Part shown: positions 52,144-64,000 of the stretch, one piece after another
Numbering within the stretch: position 1 is the first letter of the stretch
How the letters are laid out: the number at the start of each line of letters is the position of its first letter
Source of the DNA: Azolla caroliniana
Taxonomy: Eukaryota > Plantae > Polypodiophyta
Direction: 5' to 3'
DNA: 64,000 nucleotides
NCBI GenBank assembly: GCA_043228905.1
Contig: JBHGNT010000008.1
Span: 434,001 to 498,000, forward strand
The notes under the pieces: model-generated
The model's input: only the letters and a program-made list of their open reading frames with translations
What the model was told of the DNA's origin: nothing
The model's database searches: none
Made by a program: the position numbers and the translations under genes

Positions 52144-53717
52144 TGTTGTGAAGAAAACTGGCCATAGGCGGAATCGGAGAAAAAGGCGCATGAACCGGCT
52201 CTCACATAGGTGGACGTAAGAATTGATATTGTGGACATAATTCATAATTAGGTCGGCTGATGTAAATACTAGGTAGTACATATTTATTAGAGGATTGGTG
52301 CGTATCTCAGTCGAAAGGGACAGGGAATAAAGCGATTTGACTAGGGAAGAATGGTCCCCCCCCCCCTTTGCGAATTATTTAAGGAGGGAGAGAAGGAAGA
52401 AAGGGGATCGCGCGTTGGCGAGGACGAAGTGCTGCTGCAGAACCGAGGGCCGAGCTCTCTCTCTCTCTCTCCTCCGATCGTCGTTCTCTGTGGGTGTCGG
52501 GAGTTCGTTGCCTCTGCTTTGTGGACAACCCGTGTGCTTCCAGCAGAGGCAATGGCGGTAGTCGTCGACCGGCTGGTGAGCGCTCGCGAGGGGACGGGTA
52601 CCCTCGACGGAGCCATTGAATCGATTGTCGGCAGCATAGGCCGATTCGGTGGGAAGAATCCCACCAGTTATTTGGAGGCTTACCGGGCGGAAATGATCAT
52701 GAGGGATATCCTGGTGGACAGGCGGTTGTCCGGATTCCCTTGGGTGGTGACGCCGAGCATCCACGTGGAGGTGCTCGAGGTGTTGGCCGGATGCCAGATT
52801 TGGGAGGAGTTTGAGCTGCAACTCCTCGAGAAGTACGGGTTTGATGACTCGCTTCAGCTGTCGAGGCGGGACTTCATGGTGTGGGTGGAAAGCCCCGGAA
52901 AAGGGAGGAACACGTGGGCGCTCCTCCAAGAGTTCGAAAAACGATTTGCGTGGTTGTCAACGCTGGACCGGACCATGCTCGAAACGAGTCGAGTACTACT
53001 GTTTGTCAGGTCGGTGGACGCGCTCGAAAGGGAAAAGGTGGGTCCCCTATTGGAGACGGACGAAGGGCTCACGATAGACTGGGCCGTGGTAAAATGGGTC
53101 TGCAGCTGATTCGACAAACAACGCGAGTGGAGAGACGAAAGCTCGTCGGAGTCAGGACCGGTCCCGGCGAGGAGGCTTGAGGAGCCGGTATCGGTGCCAG
53201 CTGCTAGGAAGGAAGAGACCCGAATTTGGCTGGAGTCGGGGTCGGCATCGAACGACGTGGTCAAAGGCCCATCTGGAGGAGTGGCTCTGGAGGAGCTGAC
53301 ACAGATGGTGCGCGACCTACAGATTGCACAGGCCCGGAGAGACAGCGGCGAGCAACCTCGTGACCAGAGGCCGCCGGCTTGGCAGCGGTGCATGTGGTGT
53401 GACGCGATCGGTCACATTCGGAGGGATTGTGCAGATTTCGCCGACGCACTCAGGACCAACGTGGTGTACCTCTGGAACGGGCGGGTGCACGCGAGCGAGA
53501 CCCGGAGAGCCCTAGAACTGAATACGGGGCGTGGCGGAATGAAGATTGATGGAAGAGGCCGCGGCACGGCATGTAGAAGCCGTTAACTACTCAGCGTCGG
53601 CGGGAATTCGGGTCAGGGGTGATGAGACCCGGAAGGCGAAGGACTCCGGATTCTGGCCGCTAGTGCTAGAAGGCCTCTCCGGGGTTCGGCTGAAGAAGGA
53701 ACAGGCGGACCGCGCGG
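52144..53717 (+). mobile_element. Phygy/Selgy-like gypsy element K (partial LTR plus gag), interrupted by L
   Basis: LTR start TGTTGTGAAGAAAAC with TATA-like TATTTAAGG. A deletion at ~52545 joins the LTR directly to gag. CMWCDAIGH knuckle present. Confidence 0.85.
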
Positions 53718-55273
53718 TGTCGTGAAGAAAACCGTCCCTTGGCGCAATCAGTGAATAGCGCACATGAACCGGCCCTTCACGTGTGCGCGCTCTTAATGTA
53801 TATAATAGAGAATTAGGTACATAGAGAGATCCTGGGTAGTTAGATTTGGTAGGTAGGAAGTAAATGAGGGAGACGGCTCCCTTCTTGACGCTATAAAGGA
53901 GAGGGAGACGCAGGGAGAAGGGATCGCGCATTGAGGAGGACGAAGTGCTGTCGGACCGTAACCGAACGCTTCTCCTCTGTCTGTTCTCTATCGCTCTTCT
54001 CTGCAGGTTTCGGGAGGCTCGCACTGCTTCGAGGAACGCCCGTGTGCTTCCGGCAACACCTCCATCCTATCCCCTTTACGTGCGCAGACGAACAGGCATT
54101 GACATCTGTTCGCCGGCCTGTTCGGTCGTAACCGCTCGCGTGCTCTGTTGTGTACTTGTTATTCGTTAATATACAAACACTTGTGTCTCCCTGTCTCTGT
54201 GTCCATTCGCGTCTTCTGTGTTGACATGCCATGCCCCTGTGTTTCTTTGCTCATACGTGACCGGGCGTCTCTCTCTTTCTCTTTCCCCTTCTATCACCTG
54301 CTCTTCGGTTCAAGACCCTGGTGGTCCCGCCTCGTTTCTCCACGCACGCGCGTAGCAACGCGACATATTTGGTGAACCCGACGTGAAACAGGCGGCAGAG
54401 GAGCAGAAGATGAGGGGGTCGGATCTTGCAGAGGCAATGGCTTCGGCCGTGGACCGGATAGTGAGCGCGCGCGAGGGTACCGGCACCCTTGACAGGGCTA
54501 TTGAGGCGATCGTTGGTATGATCGGCCGGTTCTGTGGAAAGGATGCCACGAGTTATTTGGCATCCTACCGGGCAGAGATATTGCTGAGGGATATTCCGGA
54601 AGTGAGGCGTCTTGCCGGTGTCGTGAAGAAAACCGTCCACAAGCGGAATCGGTGCACCGGAGCATAGGAACCGGCTCTTCATGCAAGTATGCCTTGTGTT
54701 GTACATAGGAGAGAATTAGGGACATGGTAGATCCTAGGTAGGTAGATTCGGTAGGTAGGAAGTTAATAGGAAACGGCTCCCTTCTTGCCTATAAAAGGAG
54801 GGAGATGAGGAGGAGGAAGGGATCGCGGAAAGTCGAGGACGAAGTGCTGTCGGTTTGTGGGCGAAGGCTCCTCTCTCTCTCTGGCTCACAAACCCCGTGG
54901 CTTCTTGCTGTGCAGGTTTCGGGAGGCTCGCGCTGCTCTGAGGAATGCCCGAGTGCTTCCGGCAGCACCTCCAACCTACTCCTTTCTTTCTGTGCGTTTA
55001 CGAACAGGCATCGGCATCTGTTCGCCGGCCTGTTCGGTTGTAACCGACTTCGTGTTTTGTTGTTTGTCTCTGTTAATATATACTTACATACCGTTGTGCC
55101 TCTCTGTGTTGGTCTCCATGCTCGCGTCTTCGTGTCGAAGGGCCGTGTCCCTGTGGATCTACGCTCGCACGTAGTGGTTCTCCTTTCCCTTCTCTTTTCT
55201 CTCTTGCTCTTCGGTACAAGACCCCCGAGGTCCCGCCTCATCCCACGCATCCGCGAGGAATACCTCGACAACT

Positions 55274-55290
55274 TGGTGAACCCGACGTGA
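55274..55290 (+). other. Primer binding site complementary to the tRNA-Trp 3' end (second copy at 54370-54386)
   Basis: TGGTGAACCCGACGTGA is the reverse complement of UCACGUCGGGUUCA-CCA and lies 3-4 nt after the LTR. Confidence 0.85.
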
Positions 55291-57436
55291 AGGAGGCGGC
55301 AGAAGAGCAGAAGATGAAGGGGTCGGATCTTGCGGAGGCCATGGCTTCGGCAGTGGATCGGATATTGAGCGCACGCGAGGGCACCGATGCCCTCGATAGA
55401 GCCATTGAGGTGGTCGTCGGTACGATCAGTCGGTTCAGCGGAAAGGACGCCACGAAGTATTTGGCGTCATATGGGGCAGAAATGCTGATGCGGGACATTC
55501 CGGAAGAGAGGCGTCTTGCCGGGTTCCCTCGAGTGGCGATGCCGAGCATCCATACGGAGGTGCTCGAGGTGCGGGCGGAGAGCCGTACCTGGGAGGAGTT
55601 CAAAGGTCGACTCCTAGAAAAATACGAGCTGGACGACATGCTCCGGCTTTCGAAACGGGACTTCATGGAGTGGGTGGAGTCCCCCGGCAAGGGAAGAAAC
55701 GCGTCGGCACTCCTTCGGGAGTTCGAAGAACGCTTTGCGCGCCTTTTGGCGCTTGACCGAACCGTTCCGGATACGAGCCGGGTCGTACTGTTCGTCAAGT
55801 CGGTGGACGAGCGGGACCGGGATCAAGTCGGCTCCTTGCTGGAAACCGAAGACGGGCTGACGACCGACTGGGTTGCGGTTAAGAGAGTCTGTGGTCGTTT
55901 CGACAAGCGGCGAGAATGGGCTGACAACGGGGCGGCTGGTGCGGGCTCTGTCACAGCAAGGAGGCTTGAACCGGCACCACAAGGGCGAAGGGAAGAAACC
56001 CTGGAATGGCTCGAAACCGGTCCGACTTCGACCGGCATGGTCAGTGGCTCGTCCGGAGGAGCAGCACTGGAGGAGTTGATGCGGGCGATAAAGGATCTCA
56101 AAATCGCCCAGACTCGAAGGGAAGGCGGCGAACCGGCTCGTGACCGACGGCCGGTAGCAGGGAACAGGTGCATGTGGTGCGACGAGGTCGGCCACATCCG
56201 GAAGGACTGCGGCGATTTCGCAGAAGCATTGAGGAACCGGGTGGTGTACCTGTGGGAAGGCCGGGTGCACGCCGAGGACACTAGAAGGGCCCTAAACCGA
56301 AATGATGCGCGAGGAGGAATGAAGAGACTGATGGAAGAGGCAGCGGCCCGACACGTGGAGGCCATCCACTACTCGGCGTCGGCCGGCATTCGGGTCGGGG
56401 GCAGCGAGGCCCGAAAGGAGGGCAAAGACGGATTCTGGTCTACAATGCTGGAAGGTCTTGCCGGCGCACGGCTAAGGAAAGATGAAACGGACCGCACTGA
56501 GAGACGGGTCCGGGAAATAACCGGTTTAGGGTTATGGTCGAGGAGAAGACAGGCTTCGTAGAAGCCGCCTGCCGGAACTACGAGGCTCTGGTAGAAGACA
56601 AACGAGTTGGGAAAGCCGGAGCAGCCGGGCCCTCACAACGGTACGAGACCCGATTCGGGCAACGACGGAACGATTCCGGTGGGTCCAGCTCGCAAGATAA
56701 CCCCAGGAAGGGCGGATACCGACTGGGGATGGAAATAGAAAGGACTACAGACCTACGAAAGGTCCTAGAAGAACGGATCCTCGACAGCAAAGTGGAGCTG
56801 TCATTGCGAGAGGTGCTAGGGATCGCCAAGAAGGAGTTCCACGACTCCATTATGGACCTGGTGAAACGGAAGAGGCTGTCGACGGAGACGGAACCGGAAA
56901 GACCGGTGGAGGTGCGGACGACGCGCATCGACGACATGGCGCTGGAAGATGAGTGGGCGGAGAGCCACTATTCATGGCCGCATTGGGCCCGAGCGACCAC
57001 GGAGACCCCGGTAAAGATCGGAGATGTTCAGGAACCGGTGGTGGCATTGGTGGACCACGGTTTGGAAATAAACCTGATGTCCATGGACTTCTATAAGAAG
57101 GGACAGTGGCCGATCAACACCAAGCACGGGTGGAAGATACGAGCGGCGACGCGCGCCACCGAGGAACTGCACGGGCCCTGCCCGAACATGCGAGTCAAGA
57201 TTGGCGACGTCGAGATTGACCAGCACTTCTTCGTACAGGAGACGTCCTCGCACCCGATCATATTAGGGGAACCATACAGGAGACGTCACGGCGGCGCGGA
57301 TGGAGACCAAAGTGTTGGACAACGGTTTAGCCTACGCGAGGGTCAAAAGCCAGGACGGGCGCCATTCGGTCCAATTTCTGACGGTGCGACCGAACCACGA
57401 GCGAAACCGCGAATCCCTCGGTGGCGAGAACCGGGA

Positions 57437-57505
57437 GGATTTTTAGAGAGGGCTGCCAAGGCGTGGGGCCGAGACAGTCCGGACACTCGGGAAAGACCCC
57501 ACAGC
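57437..57505 (+). promoter_or_regulatory. Putative -1 ribosomal frameshift signal (G GAT TTT + stop + stem/pseudoknot)
   Basis: Same motif at 62421-62430 (L) and 39583-39592 on the minus strand (E). Gag-PR ends EDF* and pol continues in the -1 frame as GFL. Confidence 0.75.
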
Positions 57506-60500
57506 TGTACGATAGAATCGAAACCGAAGAAACCTTGTACGATAGGCAGGAAATTTTGCTTCTCCGACGACGGAGGATGTATGATAGTCGGCATCGTTGG
57601 CCGAGAAAGGGCAAGGGCGGAGGAGTGACTTCGAGCGTGCGGAGTTCTCGGCCCGGACGAGGAAATCAGCGGAGCCGTGGAGGCGGTCTCCTTCGACGAC
57701 ACCTTGGGGATGTTGAGGAAGGTAGCCGGAGAAGACCTTAACGAAGACCGGACGATACCGGTATGTTCCGAAGAGATGTACGAAGTCATCGCGAACTTTA
57801 GTCGGGGGCCGGAAGGTAAGGCCAGTTGCGGCACCCTTACCGGAGGGCAACGAGTCCCGGATCAGAGGGGTTGCGTCGGACCCCAGTTTGCGAGATCCGG
57901 TCTGCATAGGACACACCTTCACCGACGGGACGCTCCGGGAGCTCAAAATCGGTGGGGGCGGGTTCCTACTGCCGGCGGAGGAAGACCGGTTTCGGAGGAT
58001 GCTCGGAAGGCACGGAAAAGCCTTCGCATTCTCACTGGGAGAGATCGGGTGCGTAGACCCGACGATTGTGGAGCCGATGGTGATATTCACGGTACCGCAT
58101 GTGCCGTGGAATCTCAAGCCGATTCCAGTACCGAGAGCTCACATCCCGGAGTTGATGGAGCTGCTGAGGCAGAAAGTCGATATGGGTATTCTCGAACCGT
58201 CGAGCGCGCCATACTCGAACCGATGGTTTACCGTACCAAAGAAAAACGGAACATTGCGCTTCATTCAGGACCTGCAGCCGGTCAACAGAGTGACCATTCG
58301 GAACGCAGGAATCGGACCGACCATAGACGAGTTCACGGAGGCCTTCGCCGGAAGGTCGATTTACTCGGTCGGTGATCTGTACTCGGGGTACGACCAGTTC
58401 CAGCTAGCCGTGGAGAGCAGAGACATTACGACGATGCGAACTCCCCTCGGCCTAGTGCGAATGTGTACCCTGCCACAAGGAGGGACCAACTCGGTGGCCC
58501 ACATGGTGAATGCAATGAACAAGGTACTGAGGGATTGCATCCCGGACATCACCATGCCATTTCTGGACAACATCCCGATAAAGGGGTGCCCGGTGGAAGA
58601 GAAGGACGAGACAGTCGGGCCGGACGGATGTTGGCGATTCATGGCAACACACATCGACGACTGCGAGAAGGTGCTACAAAGGCTAGAGGATGCGAGGCTC
58701 ACCTTCTCCGGGGAGAAATCGGCCTTCGGGCAATCAGAAATCCTGGTGGTCGGACACCTGTGTGGACCGTATGGCCGGAAGCCGTCCCCGACAAAAGTAG
58801 AAGCCATCTCTGCGATGAAGACCGACTTTAGCTCGGTTACAGAAGTTCGGAGGTTCCTGGGGGCATGTGCATTCTACCACATATGGATCCCGCATTACGC
58901 CCACGTTGCGGAGCCGCTATACGGGTTGCTGAAGAAAGGGCGAAAATTCGAGTGGCGAGACGAACACACGGAGTCGGTTCGGAAGCTGAAGGAAGCTCTT
59001 ACGGCAGCACCGACGCTCCGGAAGGCTGTCTACGAGAAGGGTACCCCGGTATACATAACGGTGGATACGAGCCCGACCGGGATCGGATGGGTCGTCAACC
59101 AAGAAGACGAGGACGGCACCCGGTTCCCGATCCGATTCGGCGCGAAGGTCCTCAGTGAGCGACAATGAGGGTACGCCCAGGTTAAACGCGAACTCTGGGG
59201 TATCGTTTCGGCAGTAAAGGCCGACAAAGACTACCTGATCGGGACGGAAGTGATTATCGAGACGGATTGCCTGCCAATTCTCGGCATGGTTTCTAGATGC
59301 GCGACACCGGACCTGGCGATGCTCAGGTGGATAGCCTACATCAAGTCCCTGGGTCCGGAAATACGGCACATTTCCGGAAAGGACAACACCATGGCCGACA
59401 TGTTTTCGAGGGCGAGGTTTGATGACGAGGGCGGCATGGTTTCGGAGGACGAAGAAGTCGGCGTGGACTTCTTCGAGGCGGCGTACGTGACGACCAATGG
59501 GACGAGCACTCCGGCACTTAACGACTTCGACGAGAGCAAGTATGACGGCGAGTGGCTCCAGATCGGGGGAATTTTGAGGACAATGACGCCGGATGCATCA
59601 TGGACGAAGGACGAGGCCAACCGGATCCGGAAGAAAGCTTACCGATTCTTTCTCCGGGACGGATACTTATGGAAGCACCCGAAGAAGAGGAACGGCGTCC
59701 CGCTCCGGGTGGTGGCGATGAAGGAAGAACAGGAGGAGCTGCTGACGGCCTACCACGACAGCCCTTGGGTTGGACACCGTGGAACATGGGCCACGTTCGA
59801 GAAGATAAAGGGGAAGTACTGGTGGCCGGGACTGTACCGGGATGTGCATCGGTTCGTGACAACTTGCGAGAGCTGTCAGGTGCACTCCATAGTCCGACAT
59901 CGGGACGGGCTTCACCCTACGTACCCTCCGACCATCCACTTCAAATGGATGGTAGACCTGGTGACGATGCCGATGGGAGTAGGACAGATGCGGTATCTGG
60001 TCCTGGCTCGGGAAGATCTGACGAACCAGGTGGAAGGCTGAGCCCTTCAGAACAAAACGACCGCGGCTGTATGTCGGGTCCTGATTGAGGACGTGATATG
60101 CCGGTATGGGTGCGTCGGGAAGATCGTGGCTGATCGCGGGGAGTTGGATGCCGAAGAGGCCGAGGAGCTGTTCGACCAGCTAGGAGTCAAGCTCTCGCTT
60201 ACCACTGCGTACAATCCGGAGGCGAATGGGAAGGTGGAGCGCGGACACGGTCCGATCGTCAAGGCGATAGTTTGGGCATGCGGGGGGCAAGTCGGGAACT
60301 GGCCGCGACTGCTGCCTTACACGTTGTGGGCTGACCGAACTACGCACAGTTCGGTGACCGGGTTCATGCCGGCAGAGCTCATGTTTGGGCAGAAGCCGAT
60401 CATGCCGATGGAACGCACGATCTCCTCGTGGGCAACCGTGGACTGGAGAGACGAGATGAGCCGGGAGGAACTGTTGGCGGCGCGCATACGTCAGCTCGAG

Positions 60501-63500
60501 CGAAGGCCGGAGGACGTGGAGCAGGCTGCGGAAAAGCTTCGGGATGCAAGGACGAGGAACAAAGCCCGGTTCGACCGGACGCACCGGTTCCGACCGAAGA
60601 AGATCGAGGAAGGCGACTGGGTGTTAGTCTATGACAGCAGCCTCGACAACCAGCACCGAGCAACACGGAAGTTCGTAAGAAGGTGGTTCGTGCCTTACAT
60701 GGTACAAAGCGCCAACGACAACGGGACGTACCATCTGGCGGAACTCGACGGCACGAGAGTGGCGATACCGGTAGCTGGGAAGCGGATCAAAGCGTTCAAG
60801 AAGCGTCACGACGACGAGCCGGCTCCTTACTGGAAACCGAAGACGGGCTGACGACCGATTGGGCTGCGGTAAAGAGAGTCTGCGGCCGTTTTGACAAACG
60901 GTGGGAGTGGGCTGATACAGAGGCGACCGGTGCGGGACCTGTCGCGGCAAGGAAGCTCGAACCGGTACCACAGGCGCGAAGGGAAGAGAACCAGGAGTGG
61001 CTCGAAACCGGTTCGTCTTCGACCGGCGTGATAAGAGGCTCGTCTGGGGGAACAGCTCTGGAGGAGTTGACACGAGCAGTAAAGCATCTCCAGATCGTCC
61101 AGGCTTGGAGGGAAGGCGGCGATCAGGTTCGGGACTGACGGGCTTCGGCAGGAAGTAGGTGCATGTGGTGCGACGAGGTCGGCCACATCCGGAAAGACTG
61201 CGGGGACTTTATGGAGGCTTTGAGAAGCCGGGTAGTGTACCTGTGGGAAGGTCGGGTGCACGCCAGCGATACCCGGAGGTCCCTTAACCGAAACAACGGG
61301 AGAGGGGGAATGAAAAGGCTGATGGAAGAGGCGGCAGCCCGGCACGCGGAGACCGTCCACTACTCAGTGTCAGCCGATATTCGGGTCGGGGGTAGCGGGG
61401 CCTGGAAGGAGAGCAAAGCCGAGTTTTGGCCGACGGTGCTGGAAGGCCTCGCCGGTGCTCGACTGAAGAGAGATGAGGCAGACCGCGCGGAGAAGCGAGT
61501 CCAGAAGGTAACTGGGTGGAGTGACCCGATTGAAGAAAAGACGGGTTTCGTCGAAGCAGCTTGCCAGAACTACGAGGCTCTGGTTGAAGACAAATGGGTA
61601 GGTAAGATCGGAGGGGCCAGGCCCTCACAGAGATACGAAACCCGATTCGGGCCGAAATGGAACAAGGCCGGTGAGTCCAGTGCCCGGGATAAACACAAGA
61701 AGGGCGGATACGTTTGGGCACGGAGATCGAAAGGACCACGGACCTACAAAAGGTCCTGGAAGAACGAATCCTCGACAGCAAGGTGGAACTGTCGTTGCGG
61801 GAGGTGCTCGGGATCGCCAAGAAAGGGTTCCACGACTCCATCGTGGACTTGGTGAAGAGGAAGAGGCTGTCGACGGAGGCAGAACCGGAAAGGCCGGTGG
61901 AAGTGCAGACGGTGCACATTGAGGACATCGCGCTGGAAGACGAGTGGGCGGAGAGCCACTATTCGAGGCCACACTGGGCCCGAGCGACCACGGAAACCCC
62001 GGTGAAGATCGGGGATGTTCAAGAACCGGTGGTGGCGCTGGTGGACCACGGTTCGGAAATAAACCTGATGTCCATGGACTTCTACAAGAAGGGGAAATGG
62101 CCGATCAACACTAAGCACGGGTGGAAGATACGGGCGGCGACGTGCGCCACCGAGGAGCTACACGGGGCCTGCCCAAATGTGCGAGTCAACATCGGCGACA
62201 TCGAGATAGACAAGCACTTCTTTGTGCAGGAAACGTCCTCGCACCCGGTCATACTAGGGGAACCGTACATTACGGCAGCGCGAATGGAGACCAAGGTGTT
62301 GGACAACGGGTCGGCTTACGCGAGGGTCAAAAGTCAGGACGGGCATCATTCGGTCTAGTTCCTGACGGTGTGACCGAACCACGAGCGAAACCGCGAGTCC
62401 CTCGGTGGCGAGAACCGAGAGGATTTTTAGAGAGGGCTACCAAGGCGTGGGGCCGCGACAGTCCGGACACTCTGGGAAAACCCCACAAATGTACGATAGA
62501 AGCGAAACCAAAGAAACCTTGTACCATAAGTAGGAAGTTTTGTTTCTCCGACAACGGAGGGTGTACGATAGTCGGCGTTGTAGGCTGAGAAAAGACAAGG
62601 GCGGAAGAGCGACTTCGGGCGTGCGGAGTTCTCGGGCCCAGCGAGGAAATCAACGGAGCCGTGGAGGCGGTCTCCTTCGACGATACCTTGGGAATACTGC
62701 GAGAGGTGGTCGGAGAGGGCCTTAAAGAGGACCGGACGATACCGGTTTGTTCAGAAGAGATATATGAAGTCATCGTGGACTTCAGTCGAGGGCTCGAGTC
62801 GGATCGGACGGCCCGGGTTCACACGAAGTACAAGACTGTGGACCGGAAGGTAAGGCCAGTCGCGGCACCCTTACCGGAGGGCAGCGAGTTTCGAATCAAG
62901 GGGGTCGCGTCGGACCCCAGTTTACGTGATCCGGCCTGCATAGGACACACCTTCACCGATAGAACGCTACGGGAGCTCAAAATCGGTGGGGGCGGGTTCC
63001 TACTGCCGGCGGAAGAAGACCGGTTTCGGAGAATGCTCGGAAGGTACGGGAAAGGCTTCGCATTCTCACCGGAAGAAATTGGGTGCGTAGACCCGACAGT
63101 CGTAAAGCCGATGGTGATATTCACGGTACCGCATGTGCCGTGGAATCTCAAACCGATTCCGGTACCGAGAGCTCACATCCCGGAGCTGATGGAGCTGTTG
63201 AGGCAGAAAATCGATATGGGTATCCTCGAACCGTCGAGTGCCCCGTACTCAAACCGGTGGCTTACAGTACCGAAGAAGAACGGGACGTTGTGCTTCATTC
63301 AAGACCTGCAACCGGTCAACAAAGTGACCATTCGGAACGCAGGAATCCGACCGACGATAGATGAGTTCGCAGAGGCCTTCACCGGAAGGTCGATCTACTC
63401 GGTCGGAGATCTGTATTCAGGGTACGATCAGTTCCAACTAGCCGTAGAGAGCAGAGACATTACCACGATGCAGACTCCTCTCGGCCTAGTGCGAATGTGT

Positions 63501-64000
63501 ACCCGGCCACAAGGAGGGACCAACTCGGTGGCCCACATGGTGAATGCGATGAACAAGGTGCTGAGGGATTGTATCCCGGACATCACCATGCCATTCTTGG
63601 ACGACATCTCGATCAAAGGATCTCCGGTGGAAGAAAAGGACGAAACGATCGGACCGGACGGATGCCGGAAATTCGTGGTGACACACATTGACGACTGCGA
63701 GAGGGTGCTGCAGAGGCTAGAGGACGCGAGGCTCACCTTCTCCAGGGAAAAATCGGCCTTCGGGCAATCAGAGATCATGGTCGTCAGACATCTATGCGGA
63801 CCGTATGGCCGGAAACCGTCCCCGCCAAAGGATCTCCGGTGGAAGAAAAGGACGAAACGATCGGACCGGACGGATGCCGGAAATTCGTGGCGACACACAT
63901 TGACGACTGCGAGAGGGTGCTGCAGAGGCTAGAGGACGCGAGGCTCACCTTCTCCAGAGAAAAATCAGCCTTCGGGCAATCAGAGATCATGGTCGTCAGA

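Larger units (their letters stand above)
54619..60825 (+). mobile_element. Phygy/Selgy-like gypsy element M (5' LTR, gag-PR, RT-RH-INT; 3' end deleted)
   Basis: LTR 54619-55270, PBS-Trp 55274-55290, gag ATG 55314, LVDHGLE protease, RT 57888-59168, RNase H, integrase to ~60820. A few stops and indels. Confidence 0.92.
53718..64000 (+). mobile_element. Phygy/Selgy-like gypsy element L, interrupted by M and probably resuming at ~60820
   Basis: LTR 53718-54365 (TG...CA), PBS-Trp 54370-54386, gag start up to 54618. Gag-protease-RT of the same family runs 60820-64000, with a tandem duplication of the RT segment from ~63617 restarting at ~63829. Assigning the downstream part to L is inference. Confidence 0.8.

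Noticed and set aside
52337-64000. Many antisense and alternative-frame ORFs in K/L/M as extra genes (env-like or antisense ORFs)
   Set aside because: They are explained by high GC content in gag-pol, and they are not conserved as ORFs between the copies.

Overview
Plant nuclear DNA, most likely from a fern or another land plant with flagellated sperm (inferred from a CEP41 orthologue and Phygy/Selgy-type retroelements). About 75% of the window is nested LTR retrotransposons. On the left, Copia A contains Copia B, which contains a non-autonomous element C. On the right, a Ty3/gypsy element D contains E (which holds Copia F, itself holding Copia H, and an intact young Copia J) and a self-nested trio K>L>M. 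Between the two nests is a gene island (about 10.5-25 kb) with two divergent host genes. The first is an intronless minus-strand gene (13280-14221) for a coiled-coil protein with two LSU (RESPONSE TO LOW SULFUR)-like motifs, and its promoter carries two near-perfect UPE-boxes (SLIM1/EIL3 sites). The second is a 9-exon CEP41 (ciliary rhodanese-like) gene. The top finding is an apparently conserved SLIM1-UPE-LSU sulfur-starvation module, with an unusual tandem-domain LSU protein, probably outside seed plants. Also notable: a non-autonomous LTR element carrying processed eEF1B and vicilin mRNA fragments with PBS-like motifs at both inner ends, and a GGAUUUU -1 frameshift signal plus stem between protease and RT in tRNA-Trp-primed gypsy elements. 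All homology calls are from motif recognition by eye, with no database searches. Coordinates were hand-counted.
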